Shown here: piece by piece, positions 40,801 through 56,402 of the stretch
Layout of the letters: every line of letters begins with the position of its first letter
Position numbering within the stretch: the first letter of the stretch is position 1
Source: Cycas panzhihuaensis
Lineage: Eukaryota; Plantae; Cycadophyta
Assembly: GCA_023213395.1 (NCBI GenBank)
Contig: CM041465.1
Coordinates: 119,233,741-119,297,740, forward strand
Direction: 5' to 3'
DNA length: 64,000 nt
The notes under the pieces: generated by a model
Seen by the model: only the letters and a program-made list of their open reading frames with translations
Told to the model about the DNA's origin: nothing
Database searches by the model: none
Translations under genes and position numbers: made by a program

Positions 40801-43800
40801 GGAAAAATAAACCAACTTTTTTTAGACTAGGATAATTGGAGTTATGTAAGGACTTTTTTTAGGTTATATAACTCCCATGTCTATAAGTTTAGTGGTTATT
40901 CTTTCAATTTCATTCTTTTAAGAGTATGAGTTTTAATATGGCCTTAGACTAATCAAATTGTGGGGTTTTCTAGTTTAATTTAGTGGTGGAATCCATAATC
41001 TAGAGGGGTGATAGTGAGGATGGCTGCAAGAACAGGTTAGTACTTGGTGATAAGATTTTGGATATCATGATTGGTTATGGCATGAACTCTAATGTTGTTG
41101 ATGCAAGATATATATCCCACATTATTATTTAAATGTTAGCATACTTTTCTAGGGGATATAAGTTTATTAGAGGGAACCAGTATCCCATGGAGCTTATAAG
41201 TTTGCATATCATTATCATTAGATAATATGAAAGGATTATTAATGGAATGATTTATGTTATATATGCCTACTATTTGGAGCTATTAGACCCCAATGATAGC
41301 ATTAGACCCACCTATAGGTAGGGCACAAAAATATGAGATTAAGGTATATATGCCTAGTGTTTGGAGCCACTAGACCCCAATGATGGCATTAGACCCACCT
41401 ATAGGTAGGGCATATAAATATAAGATTAGGTTGTACATGCCTCTTTAAATCTATACATTCTTTATTATTCTTGTACAATAGAGGGAGATATGCCCAGGTA
41501 GAGCATAAGTGAAACCAAATTTAGGTATTATATACAAGTTTAGTTGTCATGCTAAGGATATGTTGATAAAATTTAGTGCCATACCACCATTGATTAGGAT
41601 AGTAATAAGTGTTCATTTCAGTGTTCTTTTGATGTGAAGAAGTTCTAGACATGACATAGAGAAGACAACTAATAAGAAGGCCTTAGGTTTTGGTGGTGGG
41701 GAAGGGTCTTAGGGTGGGATTTCATCAACATCCTACTCAATCCCAAAATGGTTGATGTTTGAGTTATCTTCAAAATCAATATCAATAGTATATATTATAT
41801 TTTTTACTTCACATACCTTACCATGACTAGAGATTCATTTCTCTAAGTATTTTATACAAAGGCTAGATTTCATCCTTCTATTTACTTCTTCTAGAGGGAC
41901 ATGAATTATATTAGAAGAAGGTATGGTTATTAAAAGTTACTACTAGTTAATCTCCTATAGGCATGGGCATTGTTACTTTACAAACTAGGGCCACTAGTGC
42001 CACTCAAAATCCAATTGAAATTTGGATTATAATTTTGCTACAAGCTTAGCTTCTATTACTTTGGCTATGGAGATGGTGTCTCAAAGACTTGAGAGGGAAA
42101 GTATCTTCAAGTGCATTTGAATGTACTCCGTTAGTCTGAACATGTATACTTCAATAAGCATTTGGTAATTGAGTTACTAAAAGACTCTATTTTGAAGTAT
42201 CTAGAACTCTTTTATGTATATTTCAACTATAGATGTTTACTTTAGTCAAGTGAGTTCACTAAGGAAGAATTGATTCTATGTATCCTTATATTATTCAAAG
42301 AAGTTTTTATAAAATAAGACCCATGTGTACACAAGATTCCTTTTTTACCACAAATGGAACCAATGGTAAGCCTTTCCTTATAAGTGAATGGAAGCAAAAG
42401 TCAACTAATCATCATGGGCCATAGAGTTAGAGGTAAAATATGACTCAATCTTACTAATCCAACTTTTGGCCAAGTCCCTATTAAGATAAGGATAAAATAT
42501 GGGTATGTTGCTCTTATGATGCCATGGGTTTTACCTTGGTAAATGAGACAGGGGTACTAGAAGAGGTGGTCCATCTATAAAGGTGTTAATATAACTAAAG
42601 GAGATGATCCAACTATCAAGGGTATTAGTGGAGGTAATCCACCTTTCAAGTTTGATAAAGAAGGCATGTTAGCTAATCCAAGAGGATCTACCATATGTCT
42701 ATAAGAGGCAAAAAATGCTAGGCATTGGAACAACTAAAAGAGATAGGGCCAAATGGTGTCAAACTAATATGAAATTTTATGGAAATGAAGAATACACATC
42801 CCACTATATATGTACAAAATGTAGGGTTCAAAAAATATCATTTGATTAGATTGCAAGCCTTGTTTTGCAGAAAATTGATCCCACATCCAATAGAAAAATA
42901 GTAAATATATACTATTATTAAATCAATAAAAATGGGATCAAATGAAATCCAAATAATCTAAATTTTTAATGAATTAAATGGGACATATATACCTATAATT
43001 GTACAAACTTTTAGCTGAATTGGAGTTCATTAGGCCTAGGTTCCAAGCTATAACTTTTTAGAATTACATGAATGACACTTGGACAACATGCATTCTGGTT
43101 ATTAGTGGTTATACTTGCATGATTGCACTTGTTAAACATTCATTTAGGGTTTATTTATATAAATTTATCCCTCTTGAGCTTATTTATGATGTTGGAGACT
43201 TACTTCTTATGTGTAAGAGACACTTTACTTGGGAGCATCATTGAGGAAGCACTTAGAGTTTTGGAGGCCCCCTTATGGTATAATTATATCATCTATTCCT
43301 TGTAACTTGCCCATTCTTTTGCTAATTATTTTCTCCACCATTAAATGAAGTTTTTTTTTAGTTTAATAAAAGTATTATTCTTCCTACCTTGGAGCTATGG
43401 CAAGTATGAATGATTTGGTGTAGAATTTTCCTTTATTGGGCTTATTCTTGTTTTGATGTTATTAGGAATTTTACACTAACACCCTAGGATCTCAAGGAGA
43501 AAGGTTGGTAATTGATTTCTTCACCAACTATGCTTTACTTTGGGATCATTAGCTATAACTCTAAAAGTTTAGTAATCTCTATGGTGGCATTTTCCATCTA
43601 TATTATGAGACTATTATTCACTTTTATGAGATTGTTATTAAGGTTGGTAATGTCTTTGGACAAGTTATCTTTATTTTATGTTATATTGGTGTTAATATCA
43701 ATGACTTGTGCTTCAAGTGACTAGATCCTATTAACTTATGTGGAGGCTATTATAATTGATATTTTTATTACTATGAAGAAGAAAGGAATTGAGAGAAGAG

Positions 43801-45625
43801 GGATTAATAAGAGAAGAAAGGATTACCAATAAGATGGGTAAGAGAATAAGAATGGTACTTAAGAGATGGGAATAGTATATAAGGGTGGGAGGGTGGAGAT
43901 GTCTATAGCTTATTAAACTATTTAGCATAAATATAACTTAATGGGGTGAGTATAGGTTGTTTTCCCTAAAAAATTGGTAATAATCCCACTCAGTACACTA
44001 TGACAAGTGCGATGAGCTTATTAAGATGATGTAGGTGAGATTATATATGGTTTTTTAGTCCATGGGATCCACCTATAATTTTTGCTATAAAAAAAAGGTT
44101 GAGATTAACCTAACCTAAAATGATCATTATGATGTGCTAATTAAAATAATATATGTATGACTATGATAAAGTTTTAGGCTTAACACTTTTTTCTTTTTTT
44201 AATTTTATCCTAAGTCTAATGATGCATGTTTTATTAGGATCAGAAAATATTTATGGAACTAACCCTACAAACTAGGTGATATACTTTCCATTTTTTAACT
44301 AAAGGTTTGGATAGGAAAAATTATTAATAGATTTACTAAAGTTTTAGATAAGAAAGATTATTGATAGATTTATTGAAGGTTTATATAAGAAAGATTGTTG
44401 ATAAATTTAATTTGAAGTGTCATTGTAGTTTGCTTTGTCACTACAATATCACTACTCTACTTTATCAAGTAATGTCAACTACTTCAAGTATAGGAAAACT
44501 TTAGGAAACATACCTTCATTATTTGTGTGACTATAATATTGGGATAAAATTTAGACTTGGTAATATACAAGTACCTAGAACTTAAGTAATAGGGTGTATG
44601 TGGTTCTATAGGCCCCTTGATAAACTTACCAATTATTACTATTGCTTAGCCTAATCTCTCAAGGTACCAACTATAGAAGAAGTTTGTTCCCATAACTATG
44701 ATAGTCATACTAGGATGTTCATGAGGACTAACTTATTGGCACTAACCACTAATTAATACATTATAGAGGATAGACAACTAATAGTTTTCCTATAACTAGG
44801 TAAGGTAGGGGAACCTAAAAGGGTCCTCTAATATAATTGAGTGTCTTTAAAGGCACAATTCCATAGCTAGGTTCTATCTAAGGCTTGTACAAACAATGTG
44901 ATCTACTTTGGTTCATTCATGGGTATATACCCACATATGCTTAACCAAAAATAATAAATCCCTATGATGTTTAGAGACCCCTAATATATGATCTCTAATT
45001 GACAACTTATAATAGATTATAGAACTTAAAATTATAGAATTGTTAAAGAACTAGTTGTAACAGATTACAAAAATTAGAATTACAAAATTGCTAAGAAAAA
45101 AAATAAATGTAGAGAGGGTTTGAGGGATTTCATCAAGGAAAAAAAAAAAAAAACCTATTTTATGTTCCTTCTCTTTGACTCGATCTTGTCACTTCTTTAG
45201 ATGGATCTTATGAACTTAGCTTTGATACCACTTAGGTCATGTTTGTCCTAACTTTCCTTTGATAAATAATAAAATAGTAGATCAAAAGACATAAGGAAAG
45301 AGCTTACAACATCCATCTCAAGATAAATTATAATAAATAAATAAATAAAATACAAATATGAACATGAAATGGGTACCAAAATATACAATACTATACTTTC
45401 TTGATAAAATTTTAACATAATAAACCATATGCATTTCTTAGGACCTTAAGTAGGCAATGATGGTCATTTTATATGGAATCTTATTGGTGAAAGATATAGA
45501 CTATAATCTTATTGGCGAGGCTAAATGGCCTATGCATAAAATTTAATAGCCAACACTACTAATTTGGTTACTTGGTCACATGTGATAGCAGTCATACTCT
45601 ATGGTTAGTAAACAATCATGTAACA
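37852..45625 (-). mobile_element. Full-length decayed Ty3/Gypsy chromovirus
   Basis: LTRs 37852-38256 and 45233-45625; TSD TATGG; PBS complement gctttgatacca 45219-30; PPT complement after 38256. Minus-strand motifs: gag IHL*GKAYHWF (~42380), protease IIGV*WLQTLG, RT KFLTPKINDVLDEIHG and VKLSKCKFG...YLGHI, chromodomain YLL*WVSYDLEEVT (~38330-38390). Confidence 0.9.
41262..41441. repeat. 87-bp tandem duplication within Gypsy protease
   Basis: tatgccta...tagaccccaatgat.gcattagacccacctataggtagggca at 41262 and 41349. Confidence 0.9.
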
Positions 45626-45696
45626 TATGGAATTTTCATATTCAATTTGAACTATGATATGAAAGTATATACATAATATTATAGTAAAAATTAAAG

Positions 45697-47600
45697 TATG
45701 GCAGTAACTTTAATTTGTTGATCTATAATTAAAGGCTACACTTTCTTTAGATAAGTGGGTTGAGCTTATGCGAAGAGTGACTTACTAGTATCTTTTTGTT
45801 CTTACCATGTGCTTGAGCTTGGGGGCACTTTCCTCTTTGGAATTATGTAAGGTTAGGTGGTGAATCCATCTAAAGTAATCTAATTAGCTCTTTCCCTTTT
45901 CTATTAAACTATTTGGCATTTTATCTTATTTAATATTTAAAATTATATGTTCTTGTATATGATTATATGTACAACTAAAGACCAAAGAAACTTGTTTATG
46001 AATGCATAGGTACCCATTTTCACTTGAATTTTTCATATCATATGGGCATATATTTTCCCTAAATTTAAAACATGATTTGAACTTTTAATAATTTCACTTA
46101 GATAGCTTGGTGCCTGCCTTATTGAGTAGCCATTTGTCACATGTTTTATATTCCTAAGAAGGGCCATGACAATTATGGTATTAGAGCCTAAGTTCTGAAG
46201 GCTCATAATAAAATTTTATCTAAATAATAATTGCTTAAGGAATTATAATAAAATATAGAATATATTTTTACCAAATAGTTAATTTATAAAAGTTGTTAAA
46301 CACTTAATAGAAGCAAGTTGCATAGTTTCGATAGACGATGTTAAGCATGAGAGATGATACATAAATAGCCCAAGAAAGCTAGGACAATATTAATATGAAA
46401 GAGATATAAATATAGGAGTTTTTAAGGTATAAGCAAAGTCCACCAAATGAGATATTAATGGTATTAATAGAGTTAGTTTGACACCTACAAGAGTAGTTAA
46501 GAAGTTATAGAGACTATAATCAGAGGATTCTCAAAAATCATAAAACTACATATCTTAATATAGAAAGGACCATAGAGTAAGAAAGGTCTAAAAGGATTTA
46601 GAATATAATAAGTAATAGGAAAAGAAGTAGATCATAAGAATTATCAACTTACGAATACTTAAATAAAAGGATTAGGAAAAGGGCATGAGGTCATAGTGAG
46701 GAATACTACTCTATAAGCATGACATCCTCTAATGAAATCTTAAGGCTAAGACAAAGAGAATATAAAGGTAGGAGAAATATATTATAATTTGAGATGAGGA
46801 AGGTGAAATTATAAAATTTTAGTAGAGAAGTCAAGAAATAGGATGGAATAGAATCATGGATACTTAATATGGAGAAGTACTTTAGCTTAAATAACTTCAA
46901 GTCTAGCAAGAAAGTAAAAGTAGTAGTGTACAACTTAATGTGTAAAGTGTCCTTGTGATAGGAGTACTACATAAAAATAAAAGGCTTTTAAGAAAGGTAC
47001 ATCATATGGAATAAATTTCTAAAGTATTTCAAATAGAAATAACTTTCTAAATAATACTATAATAAGAAAGTAGAGACCTTCCATGAACTAAAATAAAGGA
47101 GGAGGTCAATAGAGGACTATGAAAGACAGTCTATAGAATTACTTCAATACATGCAATATATCTAATAGGAGAAAGTTAAAACTCATAAGTTTATTAATAG
47201 GCTAAATAAAAGTATATAAAAGAACATCAAGATGTTGGTACCCAAGTCCCTAAAGGAAGTAATCCATAAGGTCAGGTGTTATGAAGCTTAATGGTCATGG
47301 ATGCAAGATAGGATAATAGGTTGAAAAGAAAATAAACAACTAAGACTAGGCTTATCAAAGGGAAATTTTAGACCTCCAAAATTCAACCAAAGAGAGAGGA
47401 CCCAAAATTATTCCCAGGGTAACCCAAGACTTAACTTGCTATAAGATAAAATACTATGATCTAACTTGCAAGTATCACACCAATTTAATACCAAGAGAGT
47501 ACCAAATAGAAATTGTTATTAATATAGTAATACAAATTACATTTAGATCATAAGAGAGCTCAAATAGACACTAAAAAGAAGACATATATGAGTACAATCT
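45697..47600 (+). mobile_element. Gypsy 5' fragment (LTR, PBS, gag), truncated
   Basis: LTR end ...catgaca (46171), PBS tggtattagagc 46176-87, gag motif IESWILNMEKYF (~46850-46885). LTR start is approximate. Confidence 0.7.
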
Positions 47601-47699
47601 TTGCAAAGAAAAATAATCACATAAATCCTTGCTTTACAAATATAAGGCTTTAAATAGATAAAAGTGGTTGTTAACTCCTAACATCTTCTTGGTGGGCCT

Positions 47700-50160
47700 T
47701 ATAGCCTTTAATCCCATTGGTGGAGGTATATAGCCTGTGCACACCTATCGATAATGGTCTTTAACTCTCACCACCATAATCATACAACTAGCTACTTATG
47801 TTACACCTTAAGGGTTATGTAATAGGTCCCCGCCTAAGATGTTAAGTCCTTAAAGTGTAAAAGATATAGATTTTATTTGATGAAGTCATCAAATTACCAA
47901 GTGGCTTCCTCTGATGTACAACTAGCCCACTGTACTAGTACTTAAAAATGGTTATATTCTAGAGATAACAATGTCAAATGTTTAGAATATATATGGGAGG
48001 AACTCTAAGGATTCTTCTTCTTAGAGAGTTAAAAGGAATGTTTGGGATGTGATGTAATTCCCCAAGTATTTTTCCAAGTAAGAGATATGGAAGAGTTGTG
48101 GATCTTGGACTTAGGGGGAAGGGTAAGGGCAGAAGCAGTTACACTAATGTGTTAAGTAGCTTTATAAGGACCGTAATATTAAGAACTCAACTTGTGAGAC
48201 TTGTGATGGTAGAGAGATTATTGCTTGTAAGGTTGGAGGTGAAGAAAATTCAAGTCACATACTTTAAATGATAGATTGGAGTAGTCATAATTCGTAAGTT
48301 GCTTCATTCAATTTTATGTAGAGGCTAGGTTTTATTTAAGGGTATGGAGAATATTATCCATGTCCTATAGTATTTTTTGTACCCTACTAGTACAAAAATT
48401 AGTGGTCAAGGTATGGTAGGATGGCGAGGGATATCCATAAAGAGCCATGAATGGGGTCATGCTAATTCTAGAGTGATGCAAATAATTGTGCTAATATTTT
48501 GCTAAGGCTAACTAAGAAGTCTATCAATGTTAGTACTTTGAGGCAAAGTAATAGTCATATATTTCTAAGATTTTATTGAGGATTTTAAATTGCCCATTTA
48601 TTTGGGTGTGATAAGAGGAGCTCATTTGGAGAGATGTTCTTAAGGCACAAAAGAGTTATTGCCAAAATGAGCTTATAAAATTAGGATCTCTAATAGATAT
48701 GATAGTGGATAGGAAGATATAGTGGTAAAACATAAATTAGATGTAGAGTTTAGCCAAGCAAGGGGATTTGTAAGCAGTGTGGATAGGAAGAAAATAGGCA
48801 TATTTAGTTAATCAATCAATGATGACCTAAATAAAGTCATACCCAGTCAATATTGGAAGTCCTATGATGAAATCCATAGTAATGTCTTGCCATTTACCCT
48901 AAGGGATTTTTAGGGGTTGAAGTAGGTTGGGTAAGGCTTTGGTGTCTACCTTATTATGTTGGCAGGTATTGCATTTAGAGATATATGTAAGGATGACATA
49001 TTTCATATGAGGCTAATAAAAATTTGACTGAATACGATGATAGGTTTTGTCAAATCATGAGTGACCTCTAAAGGGGGAATCATTATATTTAGCCATGATG
49101 TGGGTAATAAATGGGGAGGTGGGGTGTATGAATATAAAATTTTAATAAAAAAGGTGGTTATTGTATAGACTCCAATCTTTTTCGTTTTAAACCTTATTAG
49201 CCCAAGTGGCAAAGTTAGGTTAATTATTATTAGACTCAGCCAAATCATGGAGTGAAGAAGGTTTAGGTGTATAGATGGCTTAGGTTGATTGTTTAGTGAG
49301 GAGTCAGGAAAGAGCATTCATAATGATATTATCCTTATCCTTTTTATATAAAATGGAAAAGTCAAAAACCTATAGTTGATTAACCCGCTTAGCTTGTTCC
49401 TTTGATATAACTAGTTAATTAAGTAAGCAATAGACTATGATGGTTCATCAAAATGGTGAACCTAGAGCCAAGTAGATATTAACACCACTTGTTGACTATG
49501 TGTAAGATGGCCCTTATTTCTTTTTAGTAAGTGGAAAGTTAACACTCATGGTCTTTGAGTATTTTACTTTCTAATGTAATGGGATGAAAGTTTTGCATGA
49601 GAATAGCCCTTAACCCTACACTAGATGCATCGTATTCTAATTAGAATGATTAGGAGAAGTTGGGGGTGGCAAGGATGGGTATGGTTGTCATGAGTACTTT
49701 GATAAGCTTGAAGACATCATTAGTAATTAACAATTGACAACCACTAAAAGGAGTCCTTACAAAGTAGGTTTATTAAATGTGTAGCTATGGATGCATAGTT
49801 CTTTATGAAATAATGATGGAAACCCATGAGTTCGAGGAAGGCTCGTAGCTAAGTGACATTCTTTGGGATGGGCCAATGGATGATAATTGATATTTTATCA
49901 AAGTTGACTTATACTTTAAGCATAGAGATGATGTGGCCTAGGTATTGTAATTTAATTTTATTAAATTCATACTTTGATAACTTTACACATAATTAGTTTC
50001 AAGCTAGTACCTAAATGATAGCTTTTAGATGTTAAAGATGTAGGGGTATGTTGGTACTATAAACTAGAATGCCATCAAAGAAGACAATAATAAACTTACA
50101 AAGATAGGAAGAAAATTTTATTCATTAGGCTTGAAAGGTAGCTAAAGCATTAGTTACAAC
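47700..50160 (-). pseudogene. Gypsy pol fragment (RT C-terminus, RNase H, integrase)
   Basis: Reverse strand: FIIVFFDGILVY, YLGHII, DASSV, integrase WQDITMDFIIGLP, MTPFMALYGY, KLSS*YYGPYK. Confidence 0.85.
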
Positions 50161-50212
50161 TATTATTAAAGTTATTTAGCTATGATAGATTCTAAGGGAT
50201 GTGGGTCTATGT

Positions 50213-50648
50213 TGTGAGAATAGGCACATGCACAATGTCATAGGATCATAGGAATAGTAAAAACACAAGAGAAAGACATTACACAAGTAGACATTGTTTG
50301 ACAGGTGGAAAACCTCTTCTGGGGAAGAAAAACCACCTCCTAAATCTAAATATTAATAATAAAAAATGACTTATACAATGGACCTTAAAGATGCCCTCTA
50401 TATACACGAAACTAGCCTTGAAACTAGCTTTTAGATAGTCTCCTAGATTCTCGAAACCACCTCCTTGAACTTAGGAGAAGATATAAATAACAATAGAGGT
50501 TCGTTGAAATGTGTGATTGCATATTTCAATGACCTTTCATATAATATTAAATTAACTTCTAAACATGAAATATTGGAATCACTTAAATAATAATTTATAC
50601 ATGTGACTAAATAAGACATAACATAAAGTAACATTAATAATCCTAACA
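50213..50648 (-). repeat. 3' LTR (Copia)
   Basis: Ungapped direct repeat of 58433-58868. Confidence 0.97.
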
Positions 50649-50695
50649 TCTCCCTTTAATGTTAACTTTTATGATATAGAAAAAGAAGGTCTTCA

Positions 50696-53600
50696 TCACA
50701 TTGATCCCCCTTTGATAGAGACTTCTTTTATCTTTAATATATTTCTGAGGTTTAGAAACTTGACTTCAGTGAAAGACTTTGTAAGTATGTCAACAACTTG
50801 TAGATTTGTTGGACAATAAGACAAGTAAATAATGTTATCAGTAATAAGATTATAAATAAAATGTTGATATAATTCTATATGTTTAGTTCTAGAATGTGAA
50901 ACTAGATTTGTAGTAATAGCAATGGTACCTTGATTATCAACTTTAAGTTTAATAGAAAAGTTAAGATACAAACCAATTTCATTTAGAAGATATTTGAGCC
51001 AAAGTGCTTCTTTGTTGGCTTCAATAAGTGTGCGATATTCAGCTTCAGTCGTTGACAGAGCTAGTACCTTTATTTTCTTACTAGACCAAGTAATAGGTGA
51101 GGAATCTATAAAAAATACATAACTTGATATAGATTTTTGATCATTTATATCACCTGCCCAATCTAAATCAGTATATCCTATTAAAGTTAGAGGTTTACTG
51201 TAAAAATTATAAGTTAGACCATAAAAAATAGTGTTCTTAAGATATTGTAATATACGTTTAGAAGCTTTCCAATGTGATTCATATGGCTGTTGCATATAAC
51301 GAGAACATAAAGCTATAGCATAGGATATATCAAGGCAGGTATGAGTTAAATAAATAAGACTACCAATTAGTTGTCTATATAATGTAGGATCACATAAAGG
51401 TGATGAATAATCAGTAGATAATTTTACTCCTGATTATAATGGATTAGAGATGGGTTTAGTATTTTCCATGTTAAACCATTAAATTAAGTCTAAAATATAT
51501 TTAGGTTGAGATATAGTGATTTTTGAATCATGTTAATAAATTTAGAATCCAAGAAAATAATGTAGTATACCTAGATTAGTCATTTCAAATTTATTCATTA
51601 AAGTAGTTTTTAAATGATGAATGCTATTAGTTGATGATCCAGTAATTATAATATCATTAATATATAGGATTAAAATAGTAATATTTTCATTTTCATGTTT
51701 GAAATAAAGATTTAGATCACTAATACATATAGTGTATCCAATTTGAATTAGATAATCATAAACTTTAGTGTACCAAGCTCGAGGAGTTTGTTTTAATCCA
51801 TAAATAAATTTCTTTACTTTACAAACTAAATTAGGATTATCAATAAAGCCAGGTGGTTGAGACATGTAGATCTCTTCTTTGAGATTACCATTCAAAAATG
51901 CATTCTTTACATCCATTTGATGGATTTCCCAACCAAACTTGGCTGCTAGAGAAATAATTGATTTAATCGTATTCATCTTTACAATAGGGGCAAAGGTTTT
52001 ATTACAATCAATGCCATCAATTTGAGAAACCTATTATAACTAGGTAAGCTTTATATTTTTTAACTGTGCCTATTGAGTTATATTTTGTTCTATAAACCCA
52101 TTTACATTCGACTACATTTTATCCCGATGGGAGCGGTATAAGATCCCAAGTTGAATTCTTGATTAAAGTATTGAATTCAATTTGCATAGCTTCTTACCAT
52201 ACAAGATTGTTATTAGCTTGTTTAAAGGTTTTGGGATCATTATTGTCCATTATTTTGGCCATTAAGGCAAAGTTAGTATGTAATTTTTGGATACACATTC
52301 GCCTGGTATCTGAAAGATTACCAATATCAAATCCAGTGTCAGCAAGCGTTTTCTTTACCCAGACAGGTTGTTTATTAGTAATTGTTTCTGTAGTTACAGG
52401 TTGATTTAAAGAGCTAGCCTGAAAGGAAGAATCTATTTCAGTAGATTCTAATAGAGTCCAATTCTGGACTTGAGTAGATAAGGATTCTATAATTTTTGGA
52501 TCAACTTGTTAGTCAGAGGGGTCAACCAAATAGGTGTTGGTTAATAAATTTTTAACCAGAAGTTCTACATAAGTAGAGGTTGAAGAAGATCCTTCTTCAT
52601 CAAATATTACATCATGCAAAATTAAAATTTGATGTGTGACTGGATCCAAGAGTCTATAAGCTTTACTTTCTTTGTTGTATCCAACGAAGATGTATTTTTG
52701 ACTCTTAGGATCTAGTTTCTTATATTTTTCTTTAGGGACATGTCCCCACATAATACTTCCAAAGATTCGTAAATGATTAACTAAAGGTTTTCTTCCAGAC
52801 CATTTTTGTTTTGGAGTAACATTTTGTAGGCATTTACTTAATAGACGATTTAGAAGATAGTTGGAGCAGTTAATTACTTTTGCCCATAACTTTAGGTTAA
52901 GATTCTTTGCATGTAATATGCAGCGAGTCATCTTAACTAAATTCTGTGTTTTTTACAAAAAGAAGTGAATTTTCCACTTAAGTATTCCTTGGCATTATTA
53001 GATCTAAAAATTTTAATTTTTGAGTTTGATTAGTTTTCAACAAGCATTTTGAATTCAACAAAAATATCAAATACTTGACTATGTGAGTTGAGCATGTGAA
53101 CCCAATATTTTCTTGAATAATCATTAATAAATGTAATAAAATAACGAGAGCCAGATGATGATTTTACATGAAAAGGTCCACATATGTCAGAGTGAACAAG
53201 TTTAAGTGGAACTTTCACCTCGAATTATGTTTTATATGGAAATAGATCCATGTGTTGCTTACCTATTACACAGGCTTCACAGATACCATAAATAGTGTTT
53301 AAGGATGGAAGTCCATGAACCATGTTATGTTTTTTTAGATATTATAATTTACAATAGTTGGTATGGCCAAATAATACATGCCAAAGTTTATTGACTGAGT
53401 CAGATTTAGCAATAAAGGTACTTAAGGGTTTTATTTTTTTATTTTATAAACTTGTTAAACTATAGAGACATGTGTTATAATCAACAAGTCCTGAACCAAT
53501 ATGTTTAAATTTGTTTAATAGATCTTTAATGATAAATTTATCTTTCCAGAATTCGATGACAAGGTCTTTCTAGTAAATTTGATAAATAGAAAGTAGGTTT

Positions 53601-54856
53601 GGTAATAAACCAGGTACATAAAAGACATCTTTTATTGAACCATCTTTTAAGGTAATATCACCTGATCCTTTTACTTTAAGTTGAGTTCCACTTCCAAAAG
53701 AAATCTCTTCTTCAGAGTTAGTTTCGAATTGATAAGTGCATAAATTTTTTTGGTATCCTATCATGTAATGGGATGCACTAGAGTCAAGGATCCATTGTGG
53801 TGGTTGATTAGTTGGGGCAACAAATGCAGAAGTTATTTCCATTAGAGAACAATTAAGAGTTTGTCAATTTTGAGGTTAGTATTGAGGTCAGAATTGAGGT
53901 CAATTTTGTAATCCCTTAGAAGCTTTCCATGCCTCCAAAGTTATTCTACTTCTATAGACATCAATAATGTGGCATCTTTTATAACAATAGGAACAACTAG
54001 TGTTCTGAGAAGGATTTACATTATTCCAATTAGGAAATGACTGATTAGGAGTATTCTGATGTTTAGATGGACCAGAATACTTAATATTATTTTGGGAATT
54101 AAATTAAGAACCTTTATGAGGTTTATAAAATTTTGGGTTATTGTTAGAATTATTCTATTATTTATTTTTATTTTGTAGTTTAGTTTTGGAAAATAAAGCC
54201 TAGGAAGGATCTTTTAATATACCTGTTTGAATCAACATTATTTAATATTCAATCAGTTAGTTTATCAACTGATTGAATGTGATAGGAGGATTGCTAGCTT
54301 ATTGTTTGGCAATTTTAAAAAAATAAAAATATTTTGGCAATTTGTTTATTGCAAGACAGACGAGCGTATTATTATCTTTAGCGTACATGATTACTTTTTT
54401 AATATCACCTTCTTTAGTTTTAGATTTAATATAGTTACCTAGGTCTTTATTAATTAATTAAATTTTACATAAAAAATCCTCAACATTAGTAAAATCATCA
54501 TAAGTAAGGTCATAAAATTATTGTTCTAAGATAACTAGTTGATTTATATCGACCTTATCATATTTTTCTTTCAGAGTTGTCCAAACAATAGCTAGGTCAT
54601 CTATTTCAGAAAATTGCTAACTGATTTCTAGTGAAAGTAAGTTTAATATGGTGCCTAAGGCTGAATTTGAGTTTATCAGATATACCATATAACTTTTTGT
54701 AGTTTCATCTTTTGGTTTTTTAAATTCACCTATCATATATCACCATATTTTTTGCTATTTAAGCTGATGGGATATGTGATTCCTCCAGTCAGCATAGTTT
54801 GAGCGAGTTAATACTAGAATTAAAATGTAAGTGGTTGTCCCTAGCATTAAAGTCAT
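50696..54856 (-). pseudogene. Copia gag-pol polyprotein (stops, frameshifts, partial integrase deletion)
   Basis: LTRSNYADWR gag start, WILDSSASHYM protease, LVHSDICGP integrase, HQMDVKNAFLNG and YGLKQTPRAWY RT, ALSTTEAEY / RTKHI / DILTKS RNase H. Confidence 0.96.
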
Positions 54857-55400
54857 ATTAGGAATTATAAAGTTTGATTAAGGACTAAAAAATATGAAGG
54901 TAGGTGAAAAAAAATAATCACTTATGAAGGTTGCTAAAACATTAGATTAACAAGGCATAATGTAAATCATAGTAGTATGTATTACTAGCTTTTCCCTTAA
55001 AAAAAAATCACATGTTCCCAAATAAATAATTCCCCTTAGAAAAATAGTCACTTTTAAAGAAATAGTCCCTCTTTTATTTTTAAAAAATAGTCCCCCTCTA
55101 AAAAATAAACAGTCCCCCTAAAAGTTAATCCCCCTTAACTTCAAAAAATAAACAGTCCCTCTTAAAAGTAAACGTTTATCTAAAAATTTTAGGTTCCAAG
55201 AAGATTATAGTTGTTGATTATCTAGAAAATTAAATTTAAAAAAAAATTATTGATTAAAACATAACTCTAATATTTTAAAGGTAATTTATTTAATAAAATT
55301 TATACAAAGTTTTTATCCAACAAAGAGTTTAATTATTATGTTATAATGAATGAGGAGACTTAGAAGATATTGTATTTAGCCTAAGTTAATTAGGCTTTAT

Positions 55401-56402
<1,002 letters not shown>

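Noticed and set aside
50443-50649. 68-aa ORF repeated at 58663-58869
   Set aside because: It lies in the two LTR copies; conservation reflects LTR identity and it begins at a TTG codon near the LTR terminus.
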